A stretch of 64,000 nt of DNA. Source: Marsupella aquatica (taxonomy: Eukaryota > Plantae > Marchantiophyta). Made by a program: the position numbers and the translations under genes. Where the stretch lies: contig OZ316893.1 in NCBI GenBank assembly GCA_973895155.1, forward strand, positions 23,954,015-24,018,014. Reading direction: 5' to 3'. Below the pieces are notes generated by a model. That model did not search any database. It had not been told where the DNA came from and saw only the letters and a list, made by a program, of their open reading frames with translations. Below are positions 1 through 13,984 of the stretch, piece by piece (positions within the stretch are counted from its first letter, which is position 1; every line of letters begins with the position of its first letter).

Positions 1-581
1 CTTTGAACTCCTGCCAATTCCGTTCATTGCAAAAAGGTATGGAATCCTGGGACATTGTAAGGATGTAGTCTTATTTTATTTGAAATTGTGAGTGCTGCCA
101 GTAACCAACAGACTTTTTTCTTTTAGTTGAGTCGATGCACTGGAGCACATCGGGCTTCTTTAGGGCTGAATTCGATCTTTCCTTCCTCGTACCGCCGTGT
201 GTGTTCACGTGCATTACATATGGGCTTTGATTCTCGTGCGACACAGCTATTCTTGACCTTGCTTAGAGCGGGAAAGGAATCCACTTCTGAGCATTGAGCA
301 AGGGGGAAGGAACGAACTGCTCTCCTTGCCTGTGGGAAGGATGGAGGGACATTGCATGCCTCGAGTGGAAAACCAAACTGCCGCTTAACTCTTGGGAAAT
401 GGGTCGCGTTAGCTTGCTTCATTCTCCTCGACCGAAGAACTGTGTCAGAGGTCTTCATTCGTGTTAGGCGAGCAAGAATCAGAAGATTACATTCTCGTTT
501 GCTTCGTGCCGGAAACAAACTTTGTGTCCCTAGCGCAACTACACATGATTGCGCTCTTCGCGCCAGGATCGAATTGCTTGT

Positions 582-730
582 TGTAGCGAAATTGGTTGCT
601 TCATCCTCCTCGGAAAGCCCAGTGTGATGATGGTGTCGGACAGCAATGGACTTTGGTTGCAGGCTTGTTGCGAAATTGGGTGCTTCAAGCTCCTTGGAAA
701 GTGGAGTGTGATGATGGTGTTCGACTGCTG
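582..730. repeat. Degenerate ~87-bp tandem duplication
   Basis: gcgaaattgg(t/g)tgcttca...ggaaag...agtgtgatgatggtgt occurs at about 587 and 671; seen as the HHHHT..S.E.EA.NFAT repeat in ORF 123..860. Confidence 0.6.
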
Positions 731-1467
731 TTTCATGTTGCATTTTCTTGCCTCGAAAAGTACACATGACATTTGCCCAAGTACAAAAGGAGCGAATCTG
801 GAGACAAAAGGAGCGAAGGGGACAAAGTAAGGAGCCAAATAGAGCCCGACACATCCCCAAAGAAACTAAAACATTTGCGAGTACTGAACTGATGCCTCTG
901 TGAAGCTCACGAGTACATTGTAAATGAGGGTCGCGAAAGAGTAATTTGTCAAAGAGTCCCTAAAACCAAGGGCCTTGGCCCTTAATATATGGAATCAGTA
1001 GTGGAACACACACCCACTATGATCTGAGAAAGGAGGCCTCCCTCAGTACATGCAATAAACTAGAGGATAGTGCCACCCTCATTACATGCACACACCCTCT
1101 GTTTGAAGAACTGGTTGAGGAACTGGTTGAAGAAATAGTGGATAGGGCCATTGCTCTACACAAAAGACCACACACGACTGTGGCATGTTTGCTATTGCTT
1201 GTTTTCCCATCAGAAAGCAAAGGTAGAGTTGTAGCATTGGAACGGGGTTGCTAGTTAGCCTCATGTGTACTCTCACAGATCATAAGTTTTGCATCATTCT
1301 CAAATCCACATTCACTGTTCAGGGATGATATTTTTCACTCAAATGACATCTGTCTTTGTATGGATGCTTTGATGTATTTGCTTGGGGTCCGTCAAGAAAC
1401 ATGTTTCATTTTGGAGGTCCATCAAGCATATGTCTCTCAATAGTTGAAATCAAACATTCCTTTGTCA

Positions 1468-1796
1468 GTTGGCCATGGGATGAGCCTTGAACCAAGAGGT
1501 CCCAGGCTCAATCTCCCCCCCCCCCCCCCCCCCGTCTCCACACAAGGGGTGTGGAGAGTATGTGTGCCTATGTGTGGGTGTAATGGTGGGAGTCCTGGTT
1601 TCTCGTCAATCACTAACTGGTCCGCTTTTGGGCCCTGGTCCAACCCTCTCTCCTTCCTGGTCTGGGCCTGTCAGATCCCTTGGTATTGTGCCTTTGTGGC
1701 TACCCTACATAGAATCACATGCTCCAGTGCGAAATGTTCTTCCCGTGTTGGATGGGTCTGCTTTCGGCTTTCAAGGCAAAAAATTAAAAAAACAAA
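1468..1796 (+). mobile_element. tRNA-derived SINE, near full-length copy 1
   Basis: 17-bp TSD caaacattcctttgtca at 1451-1467 and 1797-1813; A-box-like gtcagttggcc and B-box-like ggctcaatctcc; A-rich tail; homologous to copies at 17.8 and 21.7 kb. Confidence 0.85.
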
Positions 1797-2282
1797 CAAA
1801 CATTCCTTTGTCATCAAAATCCTAAGCCAAAGTGTGATGGTCAATCTGAGCATTACCATCACAAGATCTGAAAGCTCTGCCTGGACTCTTTTTGAGCCAC
1901 AAGATGGTCTCTGATTATTGTCTGGGCTGGTGGCAGAGTTAGAGAATAGCCAACTCTTACTCAAAAGCCTTATTGTAATTGGGTGTTCACTGAACCCAAT
2001 AACTAAAATGCAAGGTCCAAGCCATTCACTGTCACACTATTTGATGTCAGGCACTTCATCTGTTTTGGTAAGCAATAGGCAGTTTTGACTTTCTATTTGG
2101 TTCATTGTTGTGTTTTGATTATTGCAATCTAGGATGGTGTGAAGATGATTTCTAGTGTGAGGAAATATAAATTAAGAAAGGTTGGGGCTGAGTTTCATGT
2201 ACCATGACTGCTATTCAAATTAAACTAAGAAAATGATGTTGTAAAAATGATGTTGTGATGCTCTAAGGGTATTTACTCCTTA

Positions 2283-2760
2283 GAGCATTCGCACCGGTTT
2301 TGCGACCCGGTGCTGGAAAAGGAAGTTTTTTGGCATGCTTGATATGGCCTGCATCACGATAGTGTCTGGGTGGAAAAATTGTGTTGCACCGGTCCTTGGT
2401 AAAACACGCCTGAAAAATCACACCGTGTGAGTTCAAACCCCCACATCCCAGGTTCGAATCAACTTCAGCATGTGGGAGCGCTGGCTGTCGACATTGCAAA
2501 GTGGAAAAACAATAGGACAAGGCAGGAGATGTGAACATGTTGCACGAGGACGCCCGTTGATATGCTTTGGCAGCACTGGCAAAAGCAGAATCCAGACTTG
2601 GAAATACACAACATATTCTGGTCTGGAAAACTCAAAGCGTAGTAGCCTGGAAAAATATGCCGATGCCTACCACCAGTGCAACCCGAAAAAATACCTCGGG
2701 CCTGTATTTGGGAGTAATTGCCGGCCTGTAGCCCAATGCCAAGCACCGGTGCAGATGCTC
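2283..2760. mobile_element. Tourist (PIF/Harbinger) MITE, 478 bp
   Basis: TIRs gagcattcgcaccggt / accggtgcagatgctc; TTA on both sides (2280-2282, 2761-2763); no coding capacity. Confidence 0.8.
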
Positions 2761-3912
2761 TTAGACTATCCAAACCAGAATCAAGGCCGCGATATGGTAC
2801 CAGGGTGTCTCAAATAAGTCAATTTTACACTTTTGACCAGTCTCAAGACTGTTGCAGGTAGGGAAATGGTCATGACTGGTCGGGCACAAAATGTGAGGCT
2901 GGACCAGTCACACCCGGAAACCGTATGAGATCCCAAATTTTACAGGAACCCAATTGCATACAGTCTGTCGCAATGCCACTGGTATTTCTGTACCCGAGAC
3001 AATTATGACCCTATTGTACCCTATTGGGGTGCCCCAGAGTGCCTAGTTGGCCCCTTGTGAGGTGCACTCTTTTTAATATATGAGACGCTCTAATACTAAT
3101 AGGGTTAGTGCCTTGGTACTTGTCCTCCGTCTGGTCGTGTTCCCTTTGTTCATGCTCCTTCAAATGTCATAACTGGAGGCGAGAAGCTTTTAGGCTTCAT
3201 AGTACACCCTTGCTTGTTAGTATTTACTTCAAAGTACGCCTTCGCTTGTGAGCTTTCTACATCCGATTGATGTCGTGCACAAAGCCCACCACTTAGAAGA
3301 TGGGCCACGTCAGATGCGTACGTGTCATTAACCCATTGTTTACCGTTGGTGAAGGCTTCCCGTTCAAAGGCAATGTGTCCAGGACACCAGGGCCCACAAA
3401 GTACCCAAGGCTTTTCAAGACCTATGGCCGTTCCCTCCCCGCAACTATAAATTTTAAATTTTAAAATGACCGGTGGCCGAAGTGTTATTTTGCTTTTCCA
3501 CTCCACATTATTATTCAACCCTCAGGGGCGGTGGGCGCACACATTCGTTCTGTCCTCGGATGCCCGGACCGGCGTCATCGCTCGACACTGCAAAGATATT
3601 GGCATTAAAATATAGTTGTTGTTTTCTTTTGGACGGGAAGGAGTCAGGGACTAAAATAAAGTTAATGACTCCCTTGTACTAAGGAGGTACCATGGGGGAC
3701 GTACGGGCTGTTTTGTCTTTCCTTGAGGACCTTTTGCCCCGACCCGAACGAGAAAGTAGAGTGGATGCTGGAGATCCACAAAGCAGGCTTTATGATCCGA
3801 GTATGGTCGGTCTACTGTGTATCAAAGGTTGGGCTTAACTTATACGCGACTGAGCGACTCAATAACAGGGGCATTTGCAGGGGAAGGTTCCAGTACCTAC
3901 TGTAGATTCCAT

Positions 3913-4045
3913 GTGTTTAACGTCTGTTCTTTCTGGCCAGGGTGGTGAATGTCACCTCTGGTAATGTTTAACGTCTTCGGCCAGGGTGGTGAATGTCACC
4001 TACTGTAAGTAATTTTTAACTTCTTTTCTTTTCGGCCACGGTCGC
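3913..4045. repeat. ~50-bp degenerate tandem repeat (about 2.5 units)
   Basis: tgtttaacgtc...ggccagggtggtgaatgtcacct repeated. Confidence 0.65.
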
Positions 4046-5004
4046 TTACGCAATGTCCCTTTGTGTAAGGGACGAGATGCTAAATCTCTTATCTAGTTGT
4101 CCTAGACTTATTTGTGACAGTCAGATCTTCCTATGTTTTCAGGATAAATCTTAGACTGGCTAATGGGGTCTGGGCTTGGGTGAGAAACTGGCTAATGGAA
4201 ATTTAAAAACTTAGCAAAGTCTTGCCAAAAGAAATGAAGAGAGGTGGAATCTAGCCACTGGTAAAATCGTTGTTCCATGTACCCATAATCAGGGATCATT
4301 TTTAAGGTTTTGCTTTTTGGGGTGAGGAATGTCACCTTTGTGTGAGGGAGAAGATGCTTCAAAAGTTCCTAGGCTTAGTTTTACTGTCAGTTCTTCCTAC
4401 ATTTAAGCATTACCATCAGATTCTGGCTAGTCCTTGTGCGACTAGGTGGGAAACTGGCTAATCAAGCATCACAAAATTTGCCAAAACTGCCAAAGAGTTT
4501 TTAGAGGACTGAATTAGGCAAAAGCATTGCTTATAAAAAAACTGCTGCCAGACTCCCATGCCAGTCCCTACTTTGCAAGCATTGTTTAGATGTCAAAATT
4601 TTGTGTTACTAAAGAAATTAAGACCTATGACTTCACTTGAGACAGGAGGTCATGAATGGTAGACTTGGAAGCTCATTATCATGGGGAGAAATAAAGTATC
4701 TAAGCTTGAAAAACAAGCATGTGGTACAGAAACTGTCCCGTCAAAAAGTACTATCTCATGCTACTGTCTCATAATTTCATGCAAGGGGTATTCTATTTTT
4801 TTAATGTTGGCCAAGAGGGGAGAAAAGTTTTTTATGCTTAGGTGTGAGAGTAGAGTGATAAATTTTGGGAGTATAGATGAGACCTAAAATAAATGTGTCG
4901 GTTGCTACAATAAATGGTGGAAAAATGGTGGCAAAAGTCTGAGAATATAATGATATCTAAAGAGACCAAGAAAATCCAGGCTGAAGTATATTGTATGAAA
5001 AAGA

Positions 5005-5185
5005 TAGTGATGAGTGCTGAATGCCCATTCTTTGAATGTAAATAAAAAATATGACAAAAGTATGATGATCATTTGTCTTTCCATTCACATGGTGGGCCAT
5101 AGAGTTATGGTTTAGAGGTTCCATTCTAGCCTTGACCCCAACTCTAGCTTGGGATTCACTCTTTATAAGTAAGATTGGAAGAACG
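5005..5185 (+). repeat. Interspersed repeat; inverted copy at ~13985-14190
   Basis: ttccattcacatggtgggccatagagttatggtttagaggttccattctag...gaccccaactctag aligns with the reverse complement of 14020-14092. Confidence 0.65.
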
Positions 5186-7354
5186 TGTTCAGAAAATACA
5201 TTAGGACACGCATGCCATCAAAACCAACAGCCTGCTACACAATGCAATTGAAAATAATTTGAAAAGCAAGTGGTTCAGTAATCTTCCACTTGAAAACCAT
5301 GATTTAAATAGAGCATACGCCTGAAGACAGCCTATACAATCATGTGTTGTACTCTAACTAACAGGTCAAAATATGCCCATCCAATGGATAGAGGGGAGGG
5401 GTGGTTTGGGGTGAGGATGATTGGATAGCCAGAACAGGTCCACCCCCAAAACTGCCCCCAAATAGACCAGTCGAGGGCAGCCCACTCCATGCTCTTTCGC
5501 TTGCTTGCTCATCCCTGCTCACCCCCTCATCGCTGCTCCCTCTCCCCCACAGCCATCATTGTTTGCTCTCACACTCGTCCTTCACTTTCTCAAATCTTGT
5601 TGCCTCCTTGTACTTATAACACTTGACAGTAATTTTTATGACCCAAAAATGGGTCATCTTATTATTGGAAGGCCCAAAAATAGTGCAAAGAAATTGTTAG
5701 GGGTTCTGTTCCATAACCTTCAATTACTGCAAACACAAAGAAAACTTCACAAGCCGGGTCTATGTAGGGTGTGTCAAAACTAGTGTCATTGGGCATCAAC
5801 AGGCTGTGCATCCGCTATGTGGACTGGAAGTTTGTGTAAAGCGACAGGACGGGGGTGATGAAATGGGATGCTACTCACGGAACACAGTTTGTGCTGTGGG
5901 ATATCTGTTCCCTTGCCCACCTATGGGAGCTCCCATAAGTTATGCCCATTTGAGAGAGCAGTTAGTAAGACACGACCATACCTGGAGTAGACCCATTGAC
6001 ATGCCGGTGGGTGGGCCTTATCTGGTGGGTGGGCTTTATCTAAACTGACCCAAGCCTTCACCATTGAGTTCAACATGGGTTTGCCCAGCAGCTAGGTGGG
6101 CTAACTCCCCTCATATCATGCCCCAAAGCCAGTGTGTCAAGACATGGTGTTGTTGTCCCGTTAAGCATTGTCACCAGTTTTGAGGGCTTGCTGTACCTTT
6201 GATTTTTATATGGTTTACACTAAACCTTCATTCAAGGCAAACTTGGGGAATGTTGAGCATGGCACCACGATTTTGGGTGGCTGACTGTGTGCCACTGCTC
6301 CAATTTACCCTCCTACTAAATTTCTCCAACGAGTTGGTCTGATTGAGTATATGATCTGTCTCTCTGTCATGATTTGAGAAGGAGGCGAGGGCCACAGCTT
6401 TCTACAGGGGGCCAACCTTGAAGCTGGGCCCAGCGTGCTTAGAGCGCCCAACCAATTGCAAGTCTTTCTTTCTAGGAAGTTTTCAAGAAACACACTAGAG
6501 AAGGGCATCTTCACTTTCACTAGAACGATTGGGTGTTTGTGAAAGTCTTATCAATCAGTTACCCGTGCTTTTGCGAGGGAGCGTCATATTTGAAAGCATG
6601 AAAAATAGCCACAATAACTACTCACAGTCAAGCAATCTCTTCGAGTGTGAATAAGATTTCGATATGCTCAATTATCATAGTAAGCCCACCACGAGCGATC
6701 TCTAGACCCTGGGCCCCTCCTCTAAAGACCCAAATCATGCACGCAAGGTGCAGCACTCATCATGCAAGACTCGTCTTTCCTTAAATTATTTCTGAAGACG
6801 AAAGGCAAATGTCCAACGTACCTTATGGGATGTTCACTTATTAGATAATAGGCCTCAGATCGTGTGCATACACAAGTTGTAGAGTTCAAGCAATCACGCT
6901 AGCCAGTAACTTATTTACCTTAAAAATAATACTACTGTATGTCCCGAGGTCTAGAGACCAGAAAACTGAACAACAGCTACAGAACTCCAAAGCAATACAC
7001 CACTTGGGAAGGGTATGTCATGATACTGTATTGGACTGTTGTTGGAGGTCGTACCAGAATGAGGGATGTTTCTGACCTAGTGCACAACAAGCACAAAACC
7101 CAAAGCTTCAAAAGCAGACTATATTCCCAAAAAGCAACAGATCTAGTACTCTTTCAGTTGCAAGATCATGGACCTGTATATGAAAGATCAGGGTACATGA
7201 AACTCTCACTGTTTAAATAGGCATGCGTGAAGATGGAGCTTGCTCGGAAGAAGCCAGTGATGTAATATAGTGAATTGGTTCTCAATTGGAATAAGGGTTG
7301 GTTTGCGGCCTTCCACTTGAATTCCTCATTGGTAACTTCCTATGGGGTTCACTA

Positions 7355-7500
7355 CGGAACTCTACCAGGGTTTGCAGTTTGTTGCTTGATAGGGTTTGAG
7401 TTCTTTTGCAGTTTTGGACTCTTGGGTTCTTTGGTGTTCTTGGGCTTTTCCACTGTTGTCCCCCCATCATTGGGTTTTCTTGCCATTGGGATCCTGTCTC
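7355..7500. repeat. Interspersed repeat family member (related copies at 11950-12100 and 12590-13045 in opposite orientation)
   Basis: Shared ctaccagg...cagtttgttgct and ttcttgccattgggatcct(g/a)tctc blocks. Confidence 0.6.
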
Positions 7501-9398
7501 TTTTTTGTTCTTTGACAGTATTATATCAACAGGGGTGGCACTTCTTGTTCCAAAGATATACTCCAGAGCAAAAAAAATTGGAAAATAAAAGTTCAATAAA
7601 TACAAATCTTGGGATTTCATTGAAACTAAGGAGCCAAAATTTGGAAACGTATGGATCACCTGTGAAGGTGATCTAACATTCTAGACAAGTAAGTATTCCA
7701 TGTCAGCATGTCTTTGGGCCCACTACTTGCCATGTGGGATTGGTAGACACCATACTTCACTGAAATCCCAAGTTCTTACAAAGACAGCTGCAGCCATCGT
7801 CACTTATTACACAAAAGAGATTTATACAGTGGGGGACAAATTGAAACAATGTGACCAGACTTCTGACCCAAACATCTTGTCAAAGCCACCCTAATATGTG
7901 GTGCTTCGAGGGCTGAATAACTTTTTGCAGCCCTCCGTTCCATTTGTAAGTTTTTAAACATAGTTTCCCTCCTGACCAGCCGCTCTACTTTGTAATGGAG
8001 GGTTTTCCATCCTAGCCATCCATCTGTCTACTCACGTACACCATCTGTCTGTCACTTGTTGACCTTCGAAGGACGAACGTACCTTCAACGTGAAGTATAC
8101 ATAGAATGAAAACGGAAAATAATAGTGGTGTAGAGCTTGCAGAATGTCTGGTAGTGGCTGCAATGCTGCATGCATCTCTTTTAGTGGATGGATGAATCCA
8201 AGGATCCAATAGACCAGTACCATTGAGATGGATTCACCGACTTTGGACGCTTGCTCGTTTTGTCATGCAGTCAGTTCTCAATCATTCAAGTGGTCAACGG
8301 AAGGAATTTGTTGCTCGTGGTTGCGCATAATCTGGGAAAATGTTTGCATGCATGCAGGGAATGGCGACGAAGTGACTGTGCCGCGTACTTCTTCTCCTCT
8401 GTCTTGTTGCCAGGAGAGCACTTTTTCGTCTTAATTTCTACACGAAAGACAGTCACCATAAGGCATGCACAACGAAGTACCGTAATGGTAATTAGGTTAG
8501 CATAAAAATAATTAATTAAAAATGGCGCACTAAAATCTAAAATTCCTAAAAGGATGGAACACATACAAAAAAATATGCGACTTACCAGGAAAGACGAGGG
8601 GGCGGGGAATTAAATTCCAGACAAAGCAGCCTGAAAAACTTTGTATTAGGTGAAGTACTCATAGCAACGTGTTTTCTTGAATTAGGCTAGGAACACATGT
8701 CTGGCCAGGTGAAAAAAACCAGAAAATGTAGACTGAGAAAATATTTTTGTCTCAGGAGAAATGAAAATGGTTGAGACTAACTACAGACTAACAACAAGTA
8801 CATCAGCACATGGAAACCCTTGCACTCAGTTTTGGCGGTGGGGTGGTATAGTGACTTAGAAAAGAAACTGAAGCTCCCATCAACCACATAATTTGACAAG
8901 AGGCTCATATGGATCCTTGAAACCCTAGATAGACCACTTTTACTCTGATTGCAACTTTGCATAAAGTTCCGACACTTTTCATGGGGTGTTGAAAAGTGCT
9001 TGGGCCATCAAGATCCTGAGATCAAACATTGTAGTCCATCTAAGCATCATCTTCATTTGAACACAGCCTATGTAGTTGGATAGAAAGAAAGTTTGGCCTA
9101 AAGAGCTTGTTCAGTTGACTGGGGTGGTCAATCCAACTTTCTCCCACTGCTATTGGATTATTGGTTTTGAGACAACCTTAGGAGCATCTCAACCGATGCT
9201 CTTTCATCCACTTAACTCCCAACTAAACCAGATGGAGAAGAAATTTGACCATTCCCCTCCCCATTTGTAACCTGTATCTCTAATATTTCAAGGTTAGTTT
9301 CCAAATTCAAACTGCCAAGTCTGGCCAAGAGGCAGTTGCCAAACTAGTCCGCTATGTAGACCTCCAATTAATATTCTGATCAAATTTAAGGCAAAAGA

Positions 9399-9792
9399 TG
9401 CTAGCCTTTACTCTTAGGTCTGGAGCTCTTATATAACTACAATTATTCTAATTGGAGTCTGGTGTTTAGTTAAGGTTAGATGTGCTATATACTACTATAT
9501 TTACTAGCCAAACTTAGTGTTTAAATTTAAGCTCCCTTTTACTGAGCCAGTTGAGAGATTACTTAGTGAATAAAATTTAGGCTCTATTGGTACTGAGCCA
9601 GTTGAGAGATAAGGAACTTAGTCCATGTAAATTTGGTATGGCTGATGAGTTTAGAGTTTTATAAAACTCTATTGTGTATTTTGTGGACATAATCTCCACA
9701 GAGGGGAACCATGTATCTTTTGTGTAGACTCTTGTATGCTCGTTAAATGTTGCACATGTCATGTTGTCTATGAATAAGCCATTTACTGAACA
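9399..9792 (+). mobile_element. Copia solo LTR (394 bp)
   Basis: TG...CA ends; 5-bp TSD aaaga (9394-9398, 9793-9797); aligns with the LTR at 60098-60441 (gagccagttga.agat, ttggtatggc, gaaccaYgtatct, gactcttgt). Confidence 0.85.
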
Positions 9793-11949
9793 AAAGAGAT
9801 CTATCCATGTCAATTTGCAAGGTATATGTGAATGTGCAAACACACAAGTTGAGGAATGGAGGTCAGGGTGTGGGGATTTTGGGTGAGTTTGTGTAATATT
9901 GATAATAACATCAATATCTCAATGCAGGAAATACCCTCTATTTGTATTGCTTAGGGAATATTCATCACCAAACTGGTGGAGATGCTCTTAGACACCTCTG
10001 TCACATTGTTTTCCATTGTAGACTGCTCTGCCTGTGTATGCTCTATTTTAGGATGAAATTCTTTGAAATTTCGGAGTCAAAGAGAATTAAGGGTTTATGC
10101 ACATCAACCCAGAGAAAGGAGGAAGGATTAGGAATCGCAAGATGTTAAGAGATTCCAAGGTCGTCAATTTAATTACAAAACCAAAACAGTAGGGGAAAGC
10201 GTTGTTTGAACAGGGGTATAAGCCAATAAGCTCAGTACTGTATCAATCAGTATGGATTCAATTATATACTAATTATGCCCTTCAATATATCAGAAGAACC
10301 ACAAATCTTGGATTATGCTCATAGTTCAAGTCTTCTTATTAATCGATCATATAAGTTTCCACAGAATGTCATGAGCTGTGACGCAATATATATCGTACTG
10401 AAATGACCCAATTGCAGTTGTGGTGCGCTGTACAAATCATGAACGGATGTTCCAATCACCACGACGATTGACAGTTCACCTTGCACTGCATTATTTGCTT
10501 CAACCACTAATGTTAATTAAGCCAAGTGACTCCAGTAGAATAAACTGGCACAGGCTTCCACGAACCGCCCTCACTCAGCTAGAGAAATTTATTCTGGGGT
10601 CCAAATTGGACCCACAATTGATGTCTGAGGAGGTTGTGGACTTGAAGGACACAATTGAAGATCCTCTCTCAAAAGCAAGCCAAGGTACACCAAGTTTTCT
10701 TGCCTTGAAATGGACACTTTACTAAGCAATAAAGAGCACACAATGGCCCAGGCTTCTCACGAAGTTTGACGAAGTAAATGTAGGAGGACATGTACAATTG
10801 AAATAACAAAAGTAGGCTTCTTTGAGACTGAGTAGTGACATTTATCCATGGGAAACTTTTGGCTAGAGTTTCAGATGTCCATATTGATTGTGTTTTCGGC
10901 TGGTCCAAACTCCTCCTGTGAACCAACAGGTCTTGGGATCAAAATGTGGACGAGAACTTTGGGATTTTGGGCAATAAAAAACAATTAAATATTCCTTCTG
11001 AGTTCAGGAAATCATGAGGAGAAACCGGGATCACACGAACATTTATCTGCTCCCTGTTTGAGTAGACTGGAGGTTGTCTCTGGGAATGTTGTCTGAGAGT
11101 GTTGCCACCACTTGATATATATTGCTGATCATAGTTGCTCCACTGGTCTGCCAGTATTGTTTTTTGATGGTTGCTCATGGCTTTGATGGTGGTGTCAATA
11201 TTTCTTGTCACTCATATGAGGCTTTGGAGGAGACTTGGTAGATCGACGGTGGTGAAGTGTCAAATTCAAGTCTTTCATGTTTATTTTTGCTTTGAAATTC
11301 ATCCAGAAAGACAGCATACAAAGACAGCAGGCATGGGGGCAGGAGGCCAAAGTTCATGGTAGCTTTTATCATTTGCAAGCTGAAGTGCTAGCTCCCTCAA
11401 GAGTCTCAACAAAAAATAAGTTTTACAAAACTATCCATGATTGACTCTGAAACACTGAAGTCTTGTAGGAAACTTTCCCTGACAAGAAAAACTTACATAA
11501 TCTGAAAGTGGACCTGCAATTGTGTTCCAGAACCCATTTTGAGAACTGCAGACAGTAGAGACTCATTTATGTACTTGGTCAAATTCTCTGAACGATTGGA
11601 ATGTACCTTTAAATCTCTCCTTTTCCTTATGGTGGAAATCAAATTGGATAAAGATAAAAAGCGATCTAAATATCTTTAGCTTTTCATCTATGATTGGGGA
11701 CCTTTTTGAAGCAAAGTATCTTTGGAAATAAGTGGAGACTTGTCTAGCAGTCGAAGCTTCACAAAAGGTAGGTACTTAGTAGAATCCAGGAAAAGCCTTG
11801 ACTACTGATGCAATGTCTATCTCCATTCCAGCATCTTTTCTTCTTCTATCTATTTCCTTTCTTTGTACAGGATTTTCAGCCTCTTTCAATCCTCTCTGGA
11901 AAATTTAGATATTAATCACACTGCTAAACAACAAAAATTGTCAATCTTG

Positions 11950-12100
11950 GAGATGGCCCCCAGACGCAAGAGACCCAACAAGGGGGAGAACAGAACCGAA
12001 AACCCCAGGAAGAGCAAAGCGCCAAAAAGCCAGGGAACCCCCTCCAACAGCAAAGGAACTAAAGTCCCATTGACCAGCAAACTGAAAAGCCTGGTAATTA
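11950..12100. repeat. Interspersed repeat family member (see 7355-7500)
   Basis: Reverse complement taccaggcttttcagtttgctg... resembles 7362-7500; encodes a K/P-rich peptide MAPRRKRPNK... Confidence 0.5.
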
Positions 12101-12589
12101 AAGCTCCCAAGTAAACCACAGATGGATATGCTTTAAAACCAGTTTTTAACTTATGCTACTTTCTGTTCCTGAGTGAGGACTATCTTTCTTTATGTGAGAG
12201 GGTTTGCATCTTGAGTGGTCAGCTTGAGAGGGTGGGAGGTAGATTGCATCATGGCTCTCAGTCAATCTCTACTCTGAGTGCCCTCTTTTGTCGACAAAAT
12301 GAAGCTTCCAGTATGCCACTTTTTTGTGGTCATGGAGTTTCCATCCTAGAGGGGATCGAGAAGGCCTGCATGGATTCCATTTCTTCTGCATCGTGCATTG
12401 GTAATAAATCACATTGACTTTCTGCACCCTAGATACTAGCCTATGCTTCCAAACAGATTGAAGTGTTCTTTTATCAAAACTATAACAATGCCTACACTAT
12501 TGTTGCAATATGTGGAAAACCATATGAGTATCTCTATCTTCTCCAGCAATGGTTTATAATACACTCCCAATGAACAACAAGCCCCACAC

Positions 12590-13045
12590 CTGGAGATATG
12601 GCAAGAAGCCCAATAAAGGGTGGAGATAGGATCCCAATGGCAAGAAGTCCAATAAAGGGTGGGAAACACAGGGAACACCAAAGAGCCAAAAAGACCAAGA
12701 ACCACAAAGCCCAAGAGTTTTCAAAAGAGGGCAAAAGAACAAAAGCTCTAATACAGCGCCTCAAAGCTTCAAAATTGTGAATGATGGCTTTTCCATAAAC
12801 AAATGGCCATAGCTTTACCACAGGGTTATGTAATTTTCCTTGTCTTTCTTCACTAGCCTCTAAAAGTCAGTTATGGTAATGACATGTGACCAATCTTAAT
12901 GGCAAAAAATTGTGGATCATGAATTTGGTAGTCCATATTTTTTCTGTCCGTAACCTTCAATCTACTAAGCCAAGGTCCATCAAATATGAGGTTTGAGATC
13001 CCCTAGTGAGCAACAAACTGAAAAGCCTGGTAGAACTATGGAGTG
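12590..13045. repeat. Repeat family member interrupted by a second repeat (~12750-12950) shared with 48040-48245
   Basis: 39-bp internal duplication (atggcaagaag.ccaataaagggtgg x2); the insert shares ccataaacaaat.gccatagcttt and tgaccaatctt.atggcaaaa...catgaatttgg.agtccata with 48085-48230. Confidence 0.6.
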
Positions 13046-13984
13046 ACCTGATAAGAACATCCTGAGATAGAGATCACTTCCTTTTATTATTTGAAGAAGT
13101 TGGGGGGGGGGGGGTGCAGGGGTTGCAGACCCTGCCTGAGCTCGTCCCTGAGCTGTAAACCTGAACATTGACGAGCATTTGGAAGAACTTCTTTGTCAAC
13201 CACCTGGATAGTGCACAAGTTTGCAAGTCTTGCATGTTTTCCAGACTGGGTTGAGTCAATCAGGTTGTTCAGCTTGTACATCATGAGTGGTCCCTGGCTT
13301 GACCTACTTTCATATTTCTTTTGGCCCCAGGGCTCGTGGTTTGTTTTATGATATCAGAGTTCTCTCTGCAGCTTTGTAACTTGGACTTGACATCTCGCCC
13401 CCTCCCCCCCCAAAAGAGCTTTCATTTAGCTCACGAGCAAGGTCAATCCAAAACGTATGTACGCAGCAAAGCATATGCTTGACAGGATAAAACCAAATTT
13501 GTATTATGACCTTCTGGTGGTTCTTCGATTGGCAAAGCAAAGCAACAGCCTGGCCTCTGTCCAGTTGGTCATTCACCTGCTCCTTCCATGCCTAGCGCTA
13601 GGTAAGGTAAGAAGAGATGGATTCTGTTTACACTAATTAGGTATGCTTTTGACTTCCAGCACATCTTCCCAAATGACATTGTAAGCTCTTGAACAGAATC
13701 TCATCTCTTAGATTTCCATATATATGAAAGTGCCAAAAAGCACAAACTACAAATCTGGAGAGGGTCCCAAAGACAAAACAATCATTCAAACTTGGCCATG
13801 CCTTTGTAGTCCCTGGAAATATACTTCCTACTATGAAATTGTCAAGCTGCGCCATGCATATTTTGCCGCAATTTTATTGTAATATATTAGCAAGTTCTTG
13901 TTAGCACAAGCTTTATTTTAAAAACTAAATATTTTTAATGCCACTTAAGGAAAATATTCAATGGCACTTAAGGAAAATAATGAT

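Noticed and set aside
123-860. 245-aa ORF with His runs
   Set aside because: No recognisable domain; the His motifs come from an ~87-bp DNA duplication; no supporting splice structure.
1444-1914. 156-aa Pro-run ORF
   Set aside because: Reads through a SINE and a poly-C tract.
10500-11870. Possible LINE ORF1 (DUF4283-like) relic
   Set aside because: Coding-like stretches, but no convincing motif without a search.
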